IMG/VR virus record: IMGVR_UViG_3300025326_000020 | Source of the DNA: a virus | Taxonomy: Duplodnaviria; Heunggongvirae; Uroviricota; Caudoviricetes | Strand: one strand, 5' to 3' | Length of the DNA: 10,392 nucleotides | In this document: piece by piece, positions 5,438-10,392 of the stretch | Layout: every line of letters begins with the position of its first letter | Position numbering within the stretch: position 1 is the first letter of the stretch | Notes under the pieces: generated by a model | The model's database searches: none | Told to the model about the DNA's origin: nothing | The model's input: the letters and a program-made list of their open reading frames with translations, nothing else | Made by a program: the position numbers and the translations under genes

Positions 5438-6036
5438 TGGGCCTATTATGTCCATATATCGGATATGTCCGATATATGCGGATAATAGTTGGTGCATATA
5501 TGGTCATATATCCGGACATTTCGGGAATGTCGGACTGCAAATGTCGGCCTTAGTACGATATATCCTGATATAGTAGGGCAAAACGGACAGGGCATACCAG
5601 GGCAATCGCGACAATACCGACAAATCGGACATTTGTGGGTATTCGGGCTAATGGGGCATAGGCCACATATCGGGCACAGCCTGCCCGTATTATGATGATA
5701 TGTCCGGATATAGCGGACTGTGAAATTTGTCACTGGCCGGATATATGCGCATAAATCGGGCACGACCGCTGGCCGGCGCGAGAGTGTTGAAATATACCTT
5801 ATATCGTATATGTCCGATATATGCCCATATAGTAGGGCGCTGCCCTGCCGCCCCCCGCCCTGTCCGATTTGCCCCCTTATAATGTATATACGCGCATATA
5901 GGCTGATTTATCCGATTTAAGCCCATATATGAGGACAAATGGATGTCCTGATATATCGGCATAAATCAGGACAAAGATTAACTATATTACGAAATATCAA
6001 CATAAATCGGACATTCCGGTAGGTTTCGCGAAAATC

Positions 6037-6150
6037 GGTGTATTTTTCAAATGTTAGTAATTTTACATGATGATAGGTTTGTTTTTCAAATGTTAGTAAT
6101 TTTACATGATGATAGGTGTATTTTTCAAATGTTAGTAATTTTACATGATG
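6037..6150. repeat. 39-bp AT-rich tandem repeat, 2.9 copies
   Basis: Unit GGTGTATTTTTCAAATGTTAGTAATTTTACATGATGATA at 6037-6075, 6076-6114 (2 mismatches) and 6115-6150 (partial). Confidence 0.95.
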
Positions 6151-6519
6151 CTGAACCCCGGAGATCTAACATGATAATAAATTATAGACCCGGAGAAATT
6201 TAAAAAGAAAAATCGAAAAAAGTGTTGGATTTCTAACACTCTGAAGATCAATTGAAAAATCCAAAAAAGTGTCGGATTTTTTACATGATAACAAAAACAC
6301 AAACCCCGGAACCCCGAAGAAAATTGAAAAGAAAAGTCCAAAAAAGTGTTGGAGATTCTTCACATTTAAACACAATGAATGAAACCCCGGAGATTTTTGG
6401 CCCCGAGCCGTTTTTGAGCTCTGCTACAAGTGTCACAGCACTGACAAGATCCAAAACTTTATGTCGACAGTAGCTCTGTTATGCTGTATCCTGATACTGG
6501 AGTCTCTAAGGAGGTGAAC

Positions 6520-6852
6520 ATGGCTACTCAGGACGGGCCAGTGCCAGGAGACTGGAATCCAATTAAAGCTTTGGAAAACTTGACAATGGAACGCGCTTTT
6601 GCTGGTAATGATAAGACCCCACAGCAAATCGCGAAGAAGCTAATGGAAGAGAACTTACCAGTCGCGGTGATGGCACTATGTCACATAGCGACCTATGGTG
6701 AGTCGGAGGCAATGCGTTTTAACGCTTCCAGGTATATAGTTGAACGTACCATGGGACCGGCCGAACGTCAGGCTGTTGTCGATGGTCGGCACGCTTGGGA
6801 CGATATCTACGAAAAAGTTGTATCAGAAGCAGAAAAGTACATTCAGCAGTAG
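6520..6852 (+). CDS. Probable terminase small subunit (110 aa); start revised to 6520
   Basis: Strong RBS AAGGAGGTG; helical protein of TerS size (ALCHIATYGESEAMRFNASRYIVERTMG); first gene of the module upstream of TerL. Assignment mainly by synteny. Confidence 0.6.
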   Translation: MATQDGPVPGDWNPIKALENLTMERAFAGNDKTPQQIAKKLMEENLPVAVMALCHIATYGESEAMRFNASRYIVERTMGPAERQAVVDGRHAWDDIYEKVVSEAEKYIQQ

Positions 6853-6889
6853 AATGGTAACCCCCACTTGCCTGTGGGGGTTACCATTC
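6852..6889. terminator. Perfect 16-bp hairpin (terminator or processing site)
   Basis: GAATGGTAACCCCCAC-TTGCCT-GTGGGGGTTACCATTC directly after the stop codon; no strong U-tract. Confidence 0.55.
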
Positions 6890-6926
6890 GTTGTTGACAA
6901 TATTCAAGATCATCGATGGAGGTAAA

Positions 6927-7427
6927 ATGGCAGTCAAGCGTGCCTTTCGGGGTGATAATGTTATTCACCGTAATGCCAAAGGTGAATCAATGGCAGTTGT
7001 TCTAAGCGGTGGTCAGGGTGATGCCCCTGCCGCTCCTGTTGCTGTTGGTAGTGGTACTGGTGGAACTTTGGCGGCAGCTACATATACCTACAAAAATACG
7101 TATGTCAAAGATGGTGTTGAATCTGCACTATCTGCCGCTTCGAACAGCTACGTGGCGACCGGGGCTACTAGTTCGGTGGCGTTGACTGTTGCGACAGTGG
7201 CAGGAGCGACGTCTTATAAGATTTATGGGCGAACTGGTGGGTCATTCTTGTTAATGTCTACTATTACTGCACCGACCGTTCTGTATACTGATACTGCGGC
7301 TGATACTCCATCTGGCGCTGCGCCGGCCACCAATTTTAATGTTTCCTTTAGAAGCCCATATGCTGGTCACCCACAGTCTACTGGTATTCTACCTGGACTT
7401 GGGGCTAACCAATACCAGAAGATTTAG
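6927..7427 (+). CDS. Putative virion structural or decoration protein with an Ig/FN3-like beta domain (166 aa); start revised to 6927
   Basis: RBS GGAGGT; A/G/T-rich; GGTLAAATYTYK...ES..S...VAGATSYKIYGRT...YTD pattern recalls FN3-like domains of phage virion proteins. Confidence 0.65.
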   Translation: MAVKRAFRGDNVIHRNAKGESMAVVLSGGQGDAPAAPVAVGSGTGGTLAAATYTYKNTYVKDGVESALSAASNSYVATGATSSVALTVATVAGATSYKIYGRTGGSFLLMSTITAPTVLYTDTAADTPSGAAPATNFNVSFRSPYAGHPQSTGILPGLGANQYQKI

Positions 7428-7440
7428 TGGGTGATGGTTA

Positions 7441-7647
7441 ATGGCCTGGACTGCACAAACGTTAGGTCATATTCAAATTTTCTATGTTAGTGGTTCGAAA
7501 ATTTTGGTCAGGCCAGGAATAATTACTGGAATTGTGGCTGGGCAAACCGTTAATGCTAAAGTTGGTCATACCAGTCAGACCTTTGCAGCGCTGCCTCGTC
7601 GGATTACTCCGACTGCACAAGTTTACCCATGCTATATTCCAATGTAA
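7441..7647 (+). CDS. Hypothetical protein (68 aa), beta-rich
   Basis: Fills the gap between co-oriented genes; weak RBS. Confidence 0.7.
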   Translation: MAWTAQTLGHIQIFYVSGSKILVRPGIITGIVAGQTVNAKVGHTSQTFAALPRRITPTAQVYPCYIPM

Positions 7648-7665
7648 AAATTGATGAGGAAAATT

Positions 7666-9078
7666 ATGGTCGGCGAGGCAGTGCGGCAGGTCTCGAAGGA
7701 AAAATACTTCGAGCTGATTAAGTATGAGCCGCACGCCCGCCAACGAATGTTTCATGATTCTACCGCTAGATTTAAAATTCCAGTGTGTGGAAGAAGATTC
7801 GGAAAAACAGTAATGGGCGCCCGGGAAGCCGAACCCATTTTGATGATTCCAAACAAACTGGTGTGGATTGTCGGGCCGACATATGACCTTGGCGAGAAGG
7901 AATTCCGAGTTATTTGGAATGACATGATTGTCAAGTTAGGCTTGGGTAAAGAAAAATCTGTTAAAAGAGCCTTCAACAAGCGTGCCGGCGATATGTATAT
8001 TGAATTCCCATGGAATACTAGAGTTGAAGTGCGCAGTGCTGACCGGCCGGAAACGTTGGTTGGTGATGGTCTTGATTATGTTATTATGGCCGAAGCAGCC
8101 AAGCATACTAAGGAAACTTGGGATCGATTTATTCGACCAGCGTTAACTGATACTAAGGGTTCGGCTACCTTCAGCACCACGCCGGAAGGACAGAACTGGA
8201 TTCATGACTTGTGGCAGTTGGGTCAGAATCCAATGTTTGAGGAATATGAAAGCTGGCGCTTTCCATCTTGGGAAAATGTTCATATTTACCCAGATGGTAT
8301 AAACGATCAGGAAATTAAGCTCCTTGAGAGAACAATGCCATATGAATGGTTTCAGCAGGAAATTGCGGCTGACTTCACAACCTTCATGGGTAAGATTTAT
8401 TCTGAGTGGGATGAACAGACACACGTTAAGGCTACTAAGTTTAATCCGTTGTGGAAAAATTACATTGCCTTTGACTGGGGTTTCGTTAACCCGATGGCGG
8501 CAGTGGAGTTTCAAGTTGATCCAATGGACCGAGTACACATTTGGCGGATGCACTACAAAACTCACACCAGACTAGAAACCTTCCTTCAAGAAATGCAGGC
8601 AAGAGAGCAGCCACCTGGTTACCATATTAACCTTTGCTTCGGTGATGCCGCCGATCCAGAAGCTGTTGCTACTGTTTGTGCGAGATTTGGGCCATGCATT
8701 GCCGATCCAAAATCTAAGGATAACTGGCGAGAAGGCATAGATTTGGTCAAAGGTTTTTTGTCGACCCGTACCGTGGGCACGTCCGATGAATTCGAGACGC
8801 CGGTGGATGAGCCCTGGCTGTTCGTTGACCACTCCTGCTACGACATAATTCGTGAATTCAACAACTACCGTGCAGCGGCGCCGAGTACTGGTAAGCCAAG
8901 AAACCCGCGTGAAGATGCGCAGAAATACGACGACCACGCGCTAGACGCATTGCGGTATGGACTTATGCACATTTTCAAGTTGGGATCTACGATGTCTTTG
9001 TCGGAGTTTGTCAACGCAAACGAAATGAAAGATATTCCAGACAGGGGTTACTTTACCCAAAATATGGTGTTCTCATGA
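7666..9078 (+). CDS. terL: Terminase large subunit (about 470 aa); likely start 7666
   Basis: Walker A CGRRFGKT, Walker B-like YVIMAE, coupling motif STTP, RNase H-like nuclease acids (AFDWG, FGDAA, DDHALDALRY); RBS GAGGA before ATG 7666; followed by portal. Confidence 0.95.
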   Translation: MVGEAVRQVSKEKYFELIKYEPHARQRMFHDSTARFKIPVCGRRFGKTVMGAREAEPILMIPNKLVWIVGPTYDLGEKEFRVIWNDMIVKLGLGKEKSVKRAFNKRAGDMYIEFPWNTRVEVRSADRPETLVGDGLDYVIMAEAAKHTKETWDRFIRPALTDTKGSATFSTTPEGQNWIHDLWQLGQNPMFEEYESWRFPSWENVHIYPDGINDQEIKLLERTMPYEWFQQEIAADFTTFMGKIYSEWDEQTHVKATKFNPLWKNYIAFDWGFVNPMAAVEFQVDPMDRVHIWRMHYKTHTRLETFLQEMQAREQPPGYHINLCFGDAADPEAVATVCARFGPCIADPKSKDNWREGIDLVKGFLSTRTVGTSDEFETPVDEPWLFVDHSCYDIIREFNNYRAAAPSTGKPRNPREDAQKYDDHALDALRYGLMHIFKLGSTMSLSEFVNANEMKDIPDRGYFTQNMVFS

Positions 9079-9179
9079 TAGAGTTCGTTGTTGGGCTTGC
9101 CTGTGGGGTTTTCATAGCACTTGGCGTCATCACCGCTATTTGGTTGTACGTAAGCAGCAAGATTACTGAGGGGAGTTAA
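9075..9179 (+). CDS. Small single-pass membrane protein (34 aa; not in ORF track)
   Basis: ATGA overlap with the terL stop; MIEFVVGLACGVFIALGVITAIWLYVSSKITEGS; its end carries the portal RBS. Confidence 0.65.
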   Translation: MIEFVVGLACGVFIALGVITAIWLYVSSKITEGS

Positions 9180-9181
9180 CT

Positions 9182-10392
9182 ATGCCAGATACTAACGAAG
9201 ATATTATTGCTGCCATCGAAAGTCGGATTGAGCAGAAAGTTGCTCAGATGACCCTCAGTGAGGCATATGGTAACTATGATCTGGTGTCTTCGGTGTATGA
9301 CCCTGTGAATGGGTCATATGTTGTCATGGCCGAGCGCGACCCTAAGATGTCAACCAGTACTGCGTTCAAGGAAATGGGATATAGTTCGCCATCACCGTTT
9401 ACTGCTTGGACGCGCGAGGAGCGGGTTGGTGAGCTAAGAGATAAGCTTGGTATTCGGGTCTACTATGATATGAAGCGGGCCGATGGTACTGTTCGTGGCG
9501 CCCTTCGGCTTCTTAAGACGCCAGTTATGGCGGCGCGCTGGTTTGTTGAACCTGCATCTGATTCAGTTTTAGACACTAACATTGCCAAATTTGTTGAAGA
9601 AAATCTGTTTGAGAAGCTAAATATGCCATGGCATCGGGTGTTGGAAGATGCTCTATTGATGTGCGAGTATGGATATCTACCACTTGAGAAGGTATATGGA
9701 CTAGATTCAGATGGTAGAATTATTTTAAAGAAATTGGCACCTCGGCACCCGCTTGACATTCAAGAGTGGATATATGATGACGCTGGTGGACCTGATGGAA
9801 TTGTCATGGACCCAACCGAAGCTAATGGTTGGAACCCTATTGCAATTCCTATTGAGAAATTAGTTGTCTTTGTTCTGGAACAAGAGGCCGGCGATATGCG
9901 TGGAATTAGCATTCTCAGGTCAGCTTACAAGCACTACTTCTATAAGGACACCCTTTATAAAATCGACGCCATTCAAAAAGAGCGGCACGGAATTGGTGTC
10001 CCCATTATTAAACTACCTCTTGGGTATAGTCCAAGCGATCGTCAATTGGCTGAGGATCTTGGTAGAAATCTTAGAACGAATGAAAGAGCACATATAACGC
10101 TGCCAGAGAATTGGACTGTGGAGTTTGCGAAACTTGAAGGGCAGCCAGTGGATTGTATGCTATCAATTGAACACCACAATGATCAGATTATGGCTAACAT
10201 TCTAGCACCGTTCTATCGAGAAGCAAATGCTAAAGAAGATTCAATGAACATGTTCTACAAAGCAACCAGATACATTGCTTCTACTATTGCTGATACCTTC
10301 AATCGATATGTTATTAGGCAGTTAGTAGACTTTAACTTTAGTCGGGGTAAGTACCCAACTCTCCGTGCCCGTCGTATTGGTGAAAATGAAGA
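9182..10392 (+). CDS. Portal protein, DUF935/Mu gp29-like, 3'-truncated by the window
   Basis: RBS GAGGGGAG; about 403 open codons to the edge; D..VRGALRLLKTPV, EYGYLPLEKVY and GISILRSAYKHYFYK...ERHGIGVP motifs; position after terL. Confidence 0.9.
   Translation, partial: MPDTNEDIIAAIESRIEQKVAQMTLSEAYGNYDLVSSVYDPVNGSYVVMAERDPKMSTSTAFKEMGYSSPSPFTAWTREERVGELRDKLGIRVYYDMKRADGTVRGALRLLKTPVMAARWFVEPASDSVLDTNIAKFVEENLFEKLNMPWHRVLEDALLMCEYGYLPLEKVYGLDSDGRIILKKLAPRHPLDIQEWIYDDAGGPDGIVMDPTEANGWNPIAIPIEKLVVFVLEQEAGDMRGISILRSAYKHYFYKDTLYKIDAIQKERHGIGVPIIKLPLGYSPSDRQLAEDLGRNLRTNERAHITLPENWTVEFAKLEGQPVDCMLSIEHHNDQIMANILAPFYREANAKEDSMNMFYKATRYIASTIADTFNRYVIRQLVDFNFSRGKYPTLRARRIGENE

Noticed and set aside
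6037-6150. CRISPR array
   Set aside because: Repeats are head-to-tail with no unique spacers.
5371-6473. ORFs 5371-5553, 5446-5763, 5489-5695, 5690-5962, 5720-5920, 6141-6341, 6166-6375, 6252-6473
   Set aside because: Translations of low-complexity repeats or A/T tracts, mutually overlapping, no RBS.
6867-9108. 13-nt identity CTTGCCTGTGGGG at 6867-6879 and 9096-9108
   Set aside because: About one 13-mer match is expected by chance in a 10-kb window.
6433-10097. ORFs overlapping the head module (6433, 6740, 7462, 7752, 8143, 8324, 8572, 9463, 9864)
   Set aside because: Antisense or out-of-frame shadows of the terS-like gene, terL and portal.
1-10392. tRNA or rRNA genes
   Set aside because: No cloverleaf with T-loop and anticodon signatures, and no rRNA-like sequence, was recognised by eye.

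Overview
Fragment of a tailed dsDNA phage genome. The host cannot be determined from this window; the gene types resemble actinobacterial phages. Right part (6520-10392, + strand) is the start of a head-assembly module: probable terminase small subunit, a beta-rich Ig/FN3-like virion protein, a 68-aa hypothetical protein, terminase large subunit, a 34-aa membrane protein and a truncated DUF935/Mu gp29-type portal. Middle (about 5340-6500) is non-coding and repeat-rich, with a 39-bp tandem repeat and an AT-rich tract (candidate origin, packaging site or genome-end region). Left part (1-5340, - strand) holds 15 small hypothetical genes with a shared start-associated motif, typical of an early or host-takeover region. 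Main observation: 13 consecutive small genes (561-5227) are each bracketed by their own 27-32 bp imperfect inverted repeat, different in sequence for each gene. One arm lies just upstream of the RBS and the other just downstream of the stop codon. The arms fill most of the intergenic space and usually abut the next pair. Most carry centrally placed mismatches, two of them 2 bp apart in 8 of 13 stems. A further 25-bp inverted repeat encloses a block of five genes. The folded minus-strand transcript would be a rosette of gene-containing loops, resembling rRNA processing stems. I infer, without proof, a system that cuts a polycistronic RNA into end-paired and possibly circularisable single-gene mRNAs; a DNA-level cassette mechanism is the alternative. 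All alignments and counts were done by hand.
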